This document shows positions 40,147-52,238 of a DNA stretch of 64,000 bases, piece after piece. Source of the DNA: Octopus sinensis (lineage: Eukaryota); the NCBI RefSeq assembly GCF_006345805.1, contig NC_043004.1, positions 99,324,001 to 99,388,000 of the forward strand, written 5' to 3'. The notes beneath the pieces were generated by a model. The model worked only from the letters and a program-made list of their open reading frames with translations, did no database searches and had not been told where the DNA came from. The position numbers and the translations under genes are program-made. The stretch's first letter is position 1. Each line of letters opens with the position of its first letter.

Positions 40147-40247
40147 TCTTTTACTGATGAAGTGTGACCTATGGTAGACCAGCTTAATTTAATTTAATTA
40201 AGCTGGTCTATCATTAAAGACACCGAAACGATGCATCGTATAAAAGA
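40147..40247 (+). ncRNA. Type I hammerhead ribozyme, predicted cleavage after GTA at 40240
   Basis: Stem I TCTTTTA/TAAAAGA; core CTGATGA (40154-40160); stem II GTGT...ACAC enclosing a long hairpin; GAAA (40225-40228); palindromic stem III ACGATGCATCGT; GUA triplet. Confidence 0.88.
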
Positions 40248-40621
40248 TGAATTAGGGTAAATGTTTTTAAATTTTCACCTTATTTCCGAATTACACTACT
40301 TGGCGGTTGGAGTTATGGCTGCTCTTTCTGGTGGACGAATGGCCTGTTCAGGCCATTCCTAAATTGTTATATTTATACATATTTAGTCTTTGACTATTTT
40401 CTCTTTTCCATTAGGCCGCTGGTAGCGATAAATTTTTACTGAATTTTTTGCTACCCTAAATTGATTAATTGATAATTTTGTGACTAATTCTGAGATTGAA
40501 TCGGCAGTTTATATTTGCTGCCGATAAGTTTGGCGCGAATGCGTTGGTCTTGAAAATTTTAAGACAGATATTCCTGAGGCATTGATACAGTAGCCTCGTG
40601 TATATCCGTCTCTCCCAGATT

Positions 40622-40722
40622 TCTTTTACTGATGAAGTGTGACCTATGGTAGACCAGCTTAATTTAATTTAATTAAGCTGGTCTATCATTAAAGACACCG
40701 AAACGATGCATCGTATAAAAGA
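40622..40722 (+). ncRNA. Type I hammerhead ribozyme, predicted cleavage after GTA at 40715
   Basis: Identical motif 475 bp downstream of 40147-40247. Confidence 0.88.
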
Positions 40723-40963
40723 TGAATTAGGGTAAATGTTTTTAAATTTTCACCTTATTTCCGAATTACACTACTTGGCGGTTGGAGTTATGGCTGCTCT
40801 TTCTGGTGGACGAATGGCCTGTTCAGGCCATTCCTAAATTGTTATATTTATACATATTTAGTCTTTGACTATTTTCTCTTTTCCATTAGGCCGATGGTAG
40901 CGATAAATTTTTACTGAATTTTTTGCTACCCTAAATTTATTAATTTATATATATATATATATA

Positions 40964-41355
40964 TCTTTATATATAAAAGTGAAGTTGTGTGTCTGTCCCC
41001 TACGATTTAGATTCCTAACTACTCCCACATTTTGCAGTGCAGTGTAACCAAAAGCGGGTATCTTATAGTCGTGATTCATATCGAGCCCTTCTGGGTATTA
41101 GCGCGCGTTTACGATGAGTCTACGATTTAAAAAACAAATTACCATAATTGTTTCCCATTTTTAATGCATTTTTTGCTATTATATAAGGGAAGTAACTCTC
41201 TAAAATGTATTATTAAATCTCAGAACGTAAAAAGCTACAGTAACACCCCCCTTTGTGGTTAGCCATATTGAGATGGCTATTATACTTTACATCTCTAAAA
41301 TGCTTATATAGTTATTTCCCTTACAAACTCGAGCAACGCCGGGCGATACTGCTAG
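40964..41355 (+). mobile_element. Non-autonomous Helitron
   Basis: 5' A^TCTTTATATATAAAAG; 3' GAGCAACGCCGGGCGATACTG-CTAG^T; inserted at an A/T dinucleotide inside (TA)n. Confidence 0.75.
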
Positions 41356-41441
<86 letters not shown>

Positions 41442-41609
41442 GTATATGTATATATATATGGATGTATTTATATAAATATATGTATATAGATTCATACATA
41501 TATTCATATATATATACATATATATATATCTGTATATATATGTGTGTGCGTGTGTAGATAGATAGATGAGTATATATGTATCTAGCTATGCATGAACTAA
41601 GGTGGGAGG

Positions 41610-42790
41610 AGACGGGATAAACTACCTGCATCGATTTACTATAAAAGCAGGTAGCAATTTTACCTTGGATTCTTAGTGCAAGTTTTGAAGAGTGCAGCTC
41701 CACTTTAACGGTTATTCTTTTCAAAACTATAATGGAAAAACTTATTCAGTATATTTTTCTCTATGAGTTCTATAAAGTCAACAACGTAATGGAAAGTGCG
41801 AGCAATATTAATGCAGTATATGTGGAAAGGACAATAAGCGTAAGCCAGTGTCAACTGTGGTTCCCGAAATTCTGAGCTTGAAACTATAGCCTAGTAGACG
41901 AGCCTCATCCTGGAAGACCTGCAGAGCTGGACGAGGACGTCTTGTAAACCATGGTGGAACAAAATCCCATCACAACTGTTGAGAAACTAGCAGAGAATCT
42001 TGGACTTGGTCAGTGAACCATTCATTGACGAATTCGCGCCATCGAAAAAGTCAGCAAATTGGGTCAATGGGTTCCTCACAAATTTCTATGTCTAATTGCG
42101 GGCAGTGGGTGAATGTGTGTTCTTCTTTGCTGTCACGTTTCACGAATGAAACCTTTTTTGGATCGAATAGTGACTGATGACGAGAATGGGTTCTTAATAG
42201 TAATGTCAAGCGCCGAAGACAGCGCGTAGAGAAAGGAGAAACACCGGCACCCTAGGCCAAATTTCTTCACCCACGTAAAGTGTTCTTATCTGTTTGGTGG
42301 GATATTAAATTTTTTGTCCACTTTGAACTTTTAAACCCAAACTAAACGATAATAAAAGAGATCTACTGCGAGCAGCTTCAACGGCTTAAGTCAGCGCTAG
42401 AAATAAAAATGGCTATCTTTGGTTTCAACACGGAAGGGTTCTTCAATCAAGAAAATGCTCAGCTACATACAGGGGGATGACATTGCAAAGGCTGGAACAG
42501 TTTGGATGTGAAAGGATGCCACACGCACCATATTCGCCGGACAATGTCCTATATGATTACCATTTATTCCGCAGTCTTCAAAATCATTTGGACAGGAAAA
42601 TATGAATTCTGTAAATGAGGTCAGAATAGTATAGGAGGAGTATTTTTCGTGGCGGACATGTGAATTTTTTGGAAGAGGGGCCTAGCAAGTCTACCAAATG
42701 GATGAAGAGCATTTTAGAAAATGAAGAATATTTTTTAGATTAAAGACCAACTTTGGTCTTCCTAATTTCGAAACAAAAATAATAAGTATA
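41610..42790 (+). mobile_element. Decayed mariner (DD34D) transposon, copy 1
   Basis: IFLYEF, DEPHPGRP, SKLGQWVPHK, RIVTDDE, LHPRKVFLSVWWD, PYSPD..DYHLFRSLQNHL. Many stops. Confidence 0.9.
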
Positions 42791-43499
42791 AAACCAAACA
42801 ACAGGGACAAAAATATTTTCAGAAGAAAATACTATTTAATGATTTATGATTTTAATATCATGATTAGCGAACGAGAAACCGGTCGACAAACACAATATCA
42901 AATATATTAAAAATCGTATTAAAACTACGTAAAGTGTGTGCATTTTCCTTCTTTAATTTCTTATATACATATATATGTGGGGTGTGTATGTAAGCCGTCT
43001 ACGAGACCAAACGTCAGGGAAGATGCACTCATATAGCTGTCAGTAGAATAGGAATATTATCCGAAGTCTACAACGTTATATATCCATTACGGACGATCAG
43101 TTTCCCACTAGGGTATCAGCGGAGTGATAGGTAAGAGTCCGATCATATAACTCTGTGCTGTTCAGTCATAGCTGTTATGGAATGATATATGGTGACTGCT
43201 TTTTAATGTTGGTGGTATATAAACACAACCGGTTAGTTGTTGTCTGACAAAGATGATGAATGCAATCGAGCAGGGTATTAAGATAACAGCTATTTATATA
43301 TATATATATATAACAAAATAGAATGAAAAAACTACAAAAGTTTGGTATTATAGAGTTAAAAAATATATCAAAATCGTTGTTAGGAAAATGATATGACATT
43401 TTTTGTATAGTGATATATATATATATGTGTATGTATGTATGTGTATGTATGTATGTATGTATGTATGTATGTATGTATGAGACAAAATGAGATAACAAG

Positions 43500-43955
43500 G
43501 CCAAAGCTGTGAGGAGTTTTGGGGACATTTATAAGGAAAGAGATATAGATATAATCTTACTCTGTTTCTGGGATATTATGGATATCCCTTCATCAGAGAC
43601 GATGTGCGATGGTTAAATAGAGGCAAATATTTGAGTTCGAAATAAGTAATTATTACGGAAAAGGGGGAGATGGGGAATATAGAGGGAAATAAGAGATTGA
43701 AAGCAGAAATAAAATATGAAATATTTTAGTTGCAGTTCCATTATTCGAGTAATGTGGTGTATGGAGGTGGAAAGAACGCTTCCTGTAAAGAACGCTTCCT
43801 GTATATGGTATGTAAGTTCCAATAGTAGTTCATGTTTATTCATTTGAAATAACTAAACATGAAGGGATATCCATAATACACCAGAAACAGCTGTAAGGCT
43901 ATTTCTATATCTCTTTCCTTATGAATGTCCTGAAAATTCCTCACAGACTTGGTTT
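43500..43955. mobile_element. Penelope-type fragment with inverted terminal hammerhead-bearing repeats
   Basis: 43500-43596 and 43859-43955 are reverse complements. The left copy reads CTGATGA-AGGGATAT-ccataa-TATCCC-A-GAAAC-AGA-GTA on the minus strand. Confidence 0.65.
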
Positions 43956-44576
43956 GTTATCACCTGTTCTCTAATATATGTGTCAGTGTGAGTGTGTGTG
44001 CATGTTTGTGTGTCTGTATGTGTTGGAGGTTAACAACCCATCTAAGGGATATTAAATATCTAATATATATAATGGAAGTGTACCTACGTATTTTTAACCA
44101 AGTGCTTAGTATTGCATGGCAATATTGCAATTGAATACTATGCATGGGAGGGAGTAAATTGGACGTTTACCCAGGATTTATAAGGTAAATAATAAAATGG
44201 AGAGAATATAAAACCGACAAACATCAGCCAGTAAACATTCCGTTATATCAATATGTTAAATGATAACAAACGTGTTTAAGTGGTACAAGAAATCGAATGA
44301 GATCGGCCAATAAATACGTAAACAGATATATATAGTGAGATGAATGAATAATAAAAGATGAGTGTACAGGTACAAATCACTTACTACCATTTCTACTACG
44401 AGGCCTCAGAGTCTTCCAAGTCATCCTCATCACGTCAGGGATATACAGGGATGAACAAACATTGGTCAATGATTGAGACTCAAGGCTTCTTCATAGAGTA
44501 CAAATGATAGGAGACTAACATGTGGGAAATTCAGTTAGAATAATAGAGTAGGGTAAATAAGATATTCATTTGCCTT

Positions 44577-44607
<31 letters not shown>

Positions 44608-44635
44608 AATATATATATGTATGTATATATATATA

Positions 44636-45008
44636 ACGGGAAGCTTTATGAAAATAGACAAAAGACGAAGGCAGGTGGAAAACAAACGAACAATTGTATT
44701 AGTATGGCGCTCAGGAAATATAAATAAAACAAGTCTTTAACGTTTCGAGCCTACGCTCTTCAACAGAAAGATACACAGAGAGAAAAAAAACACAGAAAGA
44801 AGGAGAGAAAAAAATGCGTGCAGTAGCTAACGAATCAACATGGCGATCTGATTTCGGCCAGAGGTCAAAGATCAAACATGAGACGCGAGAGCGAAATAAG
44901 GGGAGATAATAGGGTTGATAATAGGGTTGAATGACCAGCTAAAAGTGCGTGGGAGGGGTCTGGATGTGTGTATGTATAGGGTTGGTGTATGTATTAGTAT
45001 GTATAAGG

Positions 45009-45062
<54 letters not shown>

Positions 45063-45472
45063 TATATATATAAATATATATATGTATGTATATATATATA
45101 ACGGGAAGCTTTATGAAAATAGACAAAAGACGAAGGCAGGTGGAAAACAAACGAACAATTGTATTAGTATGGCGCTCAGGAAATATAAATAAAACAAGTC
45201 TTTAACGTTTCGAGCCTACGCTCTTCAACAGAAAGATACACAGAGAGAAAAAAAACACAGAAAGAAGGAGAGAAAAAAATGCGTGCAGTAGCTAACGAAT
45301 CAACATGGCGATCTGATTTCGGCCAGAGGTCAAAGATCAAACATGAGACGCGAGAGCGAAATAAGGGGAGATAATAGGGTTGATAATAGGGTTGAATGAC
45401 CAGCTAAAAGTGCGTGGGAGGGGTCTGGATGTGTGTATGTATAGGGTTGGTGTATGTATTAGTATGTATAAG

Positions 45473-45530
<58 letters not shown>
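44636..45530 (-). mobile_element. Head-to-tail dimer (465-bp period) of a Penelope-type pLTR element with minimal hammerheads
   Basis: ACGGGAAGCTTTATG at 44636 and 45101, copies essentially identical. HHR-like TCTTT-CTGTTGA-AGAGC-GTAG-GCTC-GAAAC-GTT-AAAGA at 44734-44771 and 45199-45236. Confidence 0.8.
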
Positions 45531-45543
<13 letters not shown>

Positions 45544-46226
45544 GGATAGATAGATAGATAGATATACACATAGACGCTTATATAACTACATTATGAGGTT
45601 AGTGAGGTTAGGGAAGGAACGAATGAGTACTCTTGACCGTAGGCTCTATGTTATTTTAATTGTTAAAATTCATGTCTACTTCTCAAGAAATTCCTGACTG
45701 ATTGCCATAATCAATATGGGTGACAGAGCGATCTGTCGATCTTGTGCAATACGGAAACTTTCATTATGATTAGCAGATTAATAAGATTGAGAATGAAATA
45801 ATTTTGAATTGTTATTGTACACTGTAAACATACATCTGAACTTGAGTGCGATTGCATAATGAGAATTAAAATCATGTCTAACACAAAGTATGGTGTATGC
45901 TTTAACTATTGTAAAAATACGTCATATGATAAGTCTCATGCTCAGCAACGGCCAACAATAGAAACAAAACTTATCTCGACTTCGAGCCTTGGAGGTATTT
46001 GCTGTAATATTGTCTTTACTACAGAGATCTGCTGAAATCGTTGTTTTCAACTTCCTTAATACTTGCAACAAAAAGTGTTACGCCAGAAACTCGAGAATTT
46101 ATTTACATAAATACGATCTCCATATATACTCGGTGGGTGAATATGGGTGACTATGTAGGTCTACACTAAAATACGAGATGTATCAAAATGAGTGTTTAAT
46201 TCATATACATATATGCATGCGTACAT

Positions 46227-46261
<35 letters not shown>

Positions 46262-46562
46262 CATGCATACACAGACACATATATATCTATACACATATAT
46301 ATATTCATCACTATCTCTCTGTATGTATATATGTATATATATATATGTGTGTGTTTATATATATATATCAATATATACATACATACAGGAATGCACACAC
46401 ACACACACATACACACACACACAAACACACACACACACACACACACCACACACACACACCACACACACACATATATATATATATGTACATATTTGTATAA
46501 ATATATGTATATTTACTTAACGTCCCAAACAGATACACAAGCAAAATGGTATGATTACAACC

Positions 46563-46650
46563 TTAAAGGCGGCGAGCTAGCAGAAACGTTAGCGCGCCGG
46601 GCGAAATGTCTAGCGGCATTTACTACCCTTGTGGGTAGTAAAGAAATAGG
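46563..46650 (+). mobile_element. SINE family C, 5' fragment
   Basis: GGCGGCGAGCTAGCAGAAACGTTAGCGCGCCGGGCGAAATG head. Confidence 0.7.
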
Positions 46651-46710
46651 TATGATTACAACCTTATTCAACTTTTCCTTTTTCGTCTCTATGCCTTTTT
46701 TTAAAAATCT

Positions 46711-46835
46711 ATTCTTCACACTGATGAAGCTCCACGTTTCAGGTCGGTTTTATTACAAAATATGATAAATAATTTTATCATCTCAATGGCAATACTCTAC
46801 ATTATTCGAAGCCGAAACACCTGTTAAATGAGATG
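46711..46835 (+). ncRNA. Degenerate Penelope-type hammerhead motif
   Basis: CTGATGA-AGCT...(about 75 nt)...AGCC-GAAAC-ACCT-GTT. Stem I is poor. Confidence 0.4.
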
Positions 46836-47084
46836 TAGTCTATTTGTTTTGAATTATTAAATAATAGTTGATGTAATTCAATTGTTGTTCATCAATATTT
46901 CTCCATCTTCTGTTTTCTTCAAAATTTTATTATTGATAAAAACTTGTTTATCTTTGTCTTTACCTATAATTTATGAGCATAATATGCTTGCACATGTATG
47001 CATATGGTTAAACATAGTTAATATACCAATAGTATAATGGATATTTCTATCCCTTATTTAGTTTAACCTCTAACTCAGCTAACC

Positions 47085-47151
<67 letters not shown>

Positions 47152-47409
47152 ACACTCATGCACACACACACGCACGCACGCACATATGCATGCGTGTGTT
47201 TGTGGGCATACATTATATATCTTTTCTTTAATGAGGAATCGTCTAAACTATAAACGAATTAATTTATATATCAGCTACAATTCTAATCTAATGCTTCTAA
47301 TCTAATGGTAACCGTCTAGGATTATGATGAGGAAACAAACCCTGAAACTGTAGTCCAGACATTTTCCATTCTTTTTTCAATACATTCATTGAACAGAAGG
47401 AATGTATGA

Positions 47410-47442
<33 letters not shown>

Positions 47443-47599
47443 TGTATGTATGTATGTATGTATGTGTATGTGTGTGTCTGTGTGTGCATATCGGTGTGTG
47501 TGTGTCTGCGTGTGTGTGTATGACCTATATATAAACCTTTTGAATTGTGAAAATCGGTAAACACCCTTTAGTTGGACATTTGTTACTTCGAAATTTAAT

Positions 47600-47750
47600 G
47601 CCATATCACCTGATGAAATGAATGCATGTATGAAAACCCCACACATCCTGATGTCTATAGTTATTACACATTGAATTGTAATCACCCCAGGTATGCGGAC
47701 TATGGTTACAAAGAACACTGTATTTGTGGAAACGCGCGTAGCGATGCATT
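47600..47750 (+). ncRNA. Penelope-type hammerhead motif with about 110-nt loop II
   Basis: ATCAC-CTGATGA (47610) ... GAAAC-GCGC-GTA (47729-47740)-GCGAT. Palindromic ACGCGCGT stem III; stem II is weak. Confidence 0.4.
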
Positions 47751-47952
47751 GATATTTATAAATTGCATCCATGGTTTACTATTATTACTATATTTGTCTT
47801 AAGCTATATTGGAAGAGGTCGGTACGATCCCATAAAACTGCTGCTGCATGCTGCAATCTTTAGACCGTAGCCGACGTAATAACATCGGTATATGAGTACT
47901 AAAAAACGTTTCCCGTAAACGAACTTCAAGGATATTTATGTGTGTGCATGTA

Positions 47953-48001
<49 letters not shown>

Positions 48002-48454
48002 GTATGTATGTATAAATTATGTATCTTTATGACGTTATATCACATAACGTTTTTTAAACAATATTAATAGCGTTCTGTCTATCGCTATACAAATCCATCA
48101 TATTTTGCTAAAATGTCTTATTGACGAGTTTCGTTTTTTTCGCTTTCCTGAGGAGAAGATTGCATTGTTTATACCATTTATTCTTTTGAATAGTATCAGT
48201 GGAATTTTCGAAACATGTGTCGAAAGTAAAAATATTTATTACACCTGCATTAACTCCATTTTTTTATCATATATATATATATAATTCATGTATGCATGTA
48301 TATATGTATGTATGCTTATATGTCTGGATGTATTCTTCTACGTATGCTTTTCAAGTAAAGGCACCACGGTGTTCCACTAAGGTCACCCATCTGATGAAAT
48401 ATGAATAATGAGCTTAAATGTAGTTTCATTCTGAATGCACACATTGTCGTAAAT

Positions 48455-49640
48455 TTTGGACCATCCCATAAATAATGCGGTTTTCTCAAATGTATGAAAT
48501 AAATGTCGAAGGGAAACGAGATAAACTATCTGCATCAACTTACGATAAAAGCAGGTATTAATTTTACCTTGGACTTATTCTTAGTGCAAGTTTTGAAGAG
48601 TGCAGTTCGATTTTAACAGGTACTTTCAAAGCTATAATGGAAGAGACAAAGGAGCTTATTCGGCATATCTTGCTTTATGAGTTCAATAATGGCAACAACG
48701 CAACGAGAAATGCAAGGATATTAATGCAGTATATGGTGATCGGACAATAAGCATAAACCAGGGTTAACGAACGGTGGTCTCAGAAATTCCGAGTCTAGAA
48801 GACGAGCCTCGTCATGGAAGATACAAAACCTCATCGCAACTGTTGAGGAACTAGTAGAGAAGCTTGGGTTTGGTCATTCAACCATTCACCAACACCTGCT
48901 TACCATCGGAAAAGTCAGCAAATTGGGTCAATGGGTTCCTCTCAATCTTTTTGAGTCTAATAGCGCGCAGAGAGTGAATGTCTGCTCTCCTTTGCTGTCA
49001 CGTCTCACGAATGTACCCCTTTGGACCGAATAGTGACTGGTGACGAGAAATGGGTTCTCTATAAAAATGTCAGTCGCCGAGACAGCGCTCAGGGTAAAGA
49101 GATAAACCGGCACACCAGGCTAACGGTCTTCACCCACGTAAAGTGTTGTTATCTGTTTGGTGGTGTAGGAAATGTGTATTCCACTTTGGACGTTTAAACC
49201 TAAAGAAAACGATAATAAGGGCTATCTACTGCGAACAGCTTCAACACCTTAAGTCAGTGCTAGAAGAAAAATAACTATTTTTGGTTTCAAGACGAAAGGT
49301 GTTCAGCCACATACAGCGAGGATGACATTCCAAAGGTTGGAGCAGTTTGGACGGGAAACGATGCTACACCTACCATATTCGCCGGATATTGCCCTATCGG
49401 ATTATCATGTATTCCGCAGTCTTTAAAATCATTTGGACGGGAAAATATGAATTCTGTAGACGAAGTCAGAATAGTACAGGAGAAGTATTTTTCGTGACGG
49501 ATAAGTGAATTTTGGAAGAGGGCCTTCCAAGTCGACTAGATAGATTGAAGAGCATTGTAGAAAATGAAGGATAGTATATTTTAGATTAAAAATGAACCTT
49601 GTTTATCTTAATTTTGAAAGATAAAATAGGATGATCCAAT
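48455..49640 (+). mobile_element. Decayed mariner transposon, copy 2 (same family as 41610-42790)
   Basis: Colinear homology to copy 1; RIVTGDEKWVLY, PYSPDIALSDYHVFRSL. TIR remnants GGACCATCCCATAAAT and GGATGATCCAAT. Confidence 0.9.
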
Positions 49641-49771
49641 GTATAAAGTGACAAAGTGAGATATAACATGAGGAAATGAGACACGTTGAGACTTAAAAAT
49701 ATTATTGATGGAATGAGGTAACAATAAGTGATTGATATAGATAGACAATAGATAGATAGATAGATAGATAG

Positions 49772-50160
49772 ATAAGTTTCTTTATTGGCCACACAGGGCT
49801 GCACACAGATGGGACAAGTTACAAGGTAGAGCTTTTCTTTTCGGGGATGAAAAAAACAAAAAACAAAAGAAAAAAAGGGGTGGCGTAGGTTTTCGATCAA
49901 GAGGGATCGAAAAGGGAAGAAAAGAACAAAAAAATAAAAAATAAAACAAATAAAAAGAAAAAAAAAGAAAAGGAAAAGGAACAAAAGAAAAGAGAAATGA
50001 AAAAAGAAGAAAAAGGGGAAAAAAGGGGAAGAGGGAAAAAAAGACGATCAATAGGGATCGTGTATCACAGTGTTATGATATATGGTGTAAAGGGGAAAGC
50101 AAGTAAGGTTTATCCGTGAGAAGAAAAGCCTACGAAAAAGACCACGGTAACCTTGGTAAC
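49772..50160 (-). mobile_element. LINE 3' UTR fragment (L1/Tx1-like) ending in AATAAA, embedded in (GATA)n
   Basis: T-rich UTR ending GTGTGGCCAATAAAGAAAC-(TCTA)n. Homologous to 53100-53340. Clade assignment is inference. Confidence 0.6.
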
Positions 50161-50239
<79 letters not shown>

Positions 50240-50791
50240 TATAGATAGATAGATAGATAGATATAGATAGATAGATAGATAGATAGAGAGACAGACAGAT
50301 AGACAGAAAGATAGATAGTTTGGGGTAGGAAGAGACAGACAGATAAATAAAGAACGATATATGTAGATAGAGATGGAGATGCATAAATGGGGAAAAATAC
50401 ATGAACAAATATATGAACATACAAGCATAGATATTGGTACAGATAATTAGGGTAGATAGATGGAAACGGAAATAAAATGCTTGATAAAATGAATAGTGAG
50501 ACAAAGAGAAAGAGATTAAGCAGAAATAGGTGATGTGCTAAATATACAGCGAGGTGTTAGTATACTCATACAAAATACAAAACATGTATAGCTGTACATG
50601 AAAATATAAAGCATAAAAGGTGGCTTGAGAGATATAGAGATAAGGAAAAAGATGAATAGATATAAAGTGATGTATTATGTATGAAGAAAAAAAAGCATTT
50701 AGCCAGCCAGACATACATACATATGCACACGTCTACCACATGTATGTTGTATTATTTGTATATGTATATGTAAGTTGTGTATGTATGTGTT

Positions 50792-50841
<50 letters not shown>

Positions 50842-51050
50842 TATATATATATATGTATATATATGTATGTACATATAGATACATGCACCCAATACATGCA
50901 CACATCTAATTGCAAATACATTGGTAAATGTAAAGACATACATATAAGAGATCTCAACAGACAGATAGAGACACAAACCGACAGAAGTCAGACCGTCAGA
51001 CAGATAGATAGATAAATAGAGAGATAGACAGACAGACAGACAAACAGTCT

Positions 51051-51107
<57 letters not shown>

Positions 51108-51120
51108 GTAGATTGATAGA

Positions 51121-51199
<79 letters not shown>

Positions 51200-51225
51200 G
51201 TAGATATATAGATAGATAGATTGAT

Positions 51226-51278
<53 letters not shown>

Positions 51279-51902
51279 CAGACATACAGACAGACAGACA
51301 GACATACATATAGTTGGACAAACCGTTAGAAATATAGATAGGTACATAAATAGGCATAATTAAACGCACAACTAGAAGTTTAGATATATGCAGAAGATGA
51401 AGGAATAGAAGGAGGAGAAGAAAATGAAAAATAAGAAAAAGGGTGTGAGAGATAAAGAGAAGGAGAAAGCATCAGCCAGATAGTCAGACTTATAATATGT
51501 GAGAAGGAGAGATAGACATGGAAGCACTTACTTTATTTCCTTGCTTTCAGGGCATGAGCGAGTTGATAAATTCTTCACCAGATATTAATCACATTAAATT
51601 ACATTGTATCATTATAATAAATTAGATAAAGTACTAATTGAATAAACTGTCTTGCCGAAGTTATATTATTGAATTATCTCTGATATAGTGTTTACTTTTC
51701 GGCAAAATATCAAAGAGTCTGCTAAACTCCACCATTGCTTTAATGAAATGAAAGTACAACAAATATTAGATCGAAGATATTTAAGATACGGAGCAGGAAT
51801 AAAATGGTAGTTTTCAAAAAAAGAAAAAAAAAGAAAAAAAGAAAAAGTGAAAAATGGAAAGAAAAGGTACGGACGAACATGAGGACCGAAGAGAAACAAG
51901 TG

Positions 51903-51939
<37 letters not shown>

Positions 51940-52058
51940 TAGTAGTAGTAAGGATGGTGATTATGATAAAATGAAGTTGATGGTTTTATAATATGCATAC
52001 CTACAAATATACTTGTAGGTATTTATAGATGGGTGTATATATATATATATATCTTTAT

Positions 52059-52179
<121 letters not shown>

Positions 52180-52206
52180 GTATATGTATATATATATATA
52201 TCTTTA

Positions 52207-52238
<32 letters not shown>

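Larger units (their letters stand above)
39144..40946. mobile_element. Tandem and inverted array of a 475-bp hammerhead-containing unit (retrozyme or Penelope pLTR-like)
   Basis: AGCTGGTCTATCATT recurs at 39726, 40201 and 40676 (period 475). 39144-39712 is the reverse complement of about 39805-40373. (TA)n flanks both ends. Confidence 0.92.
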
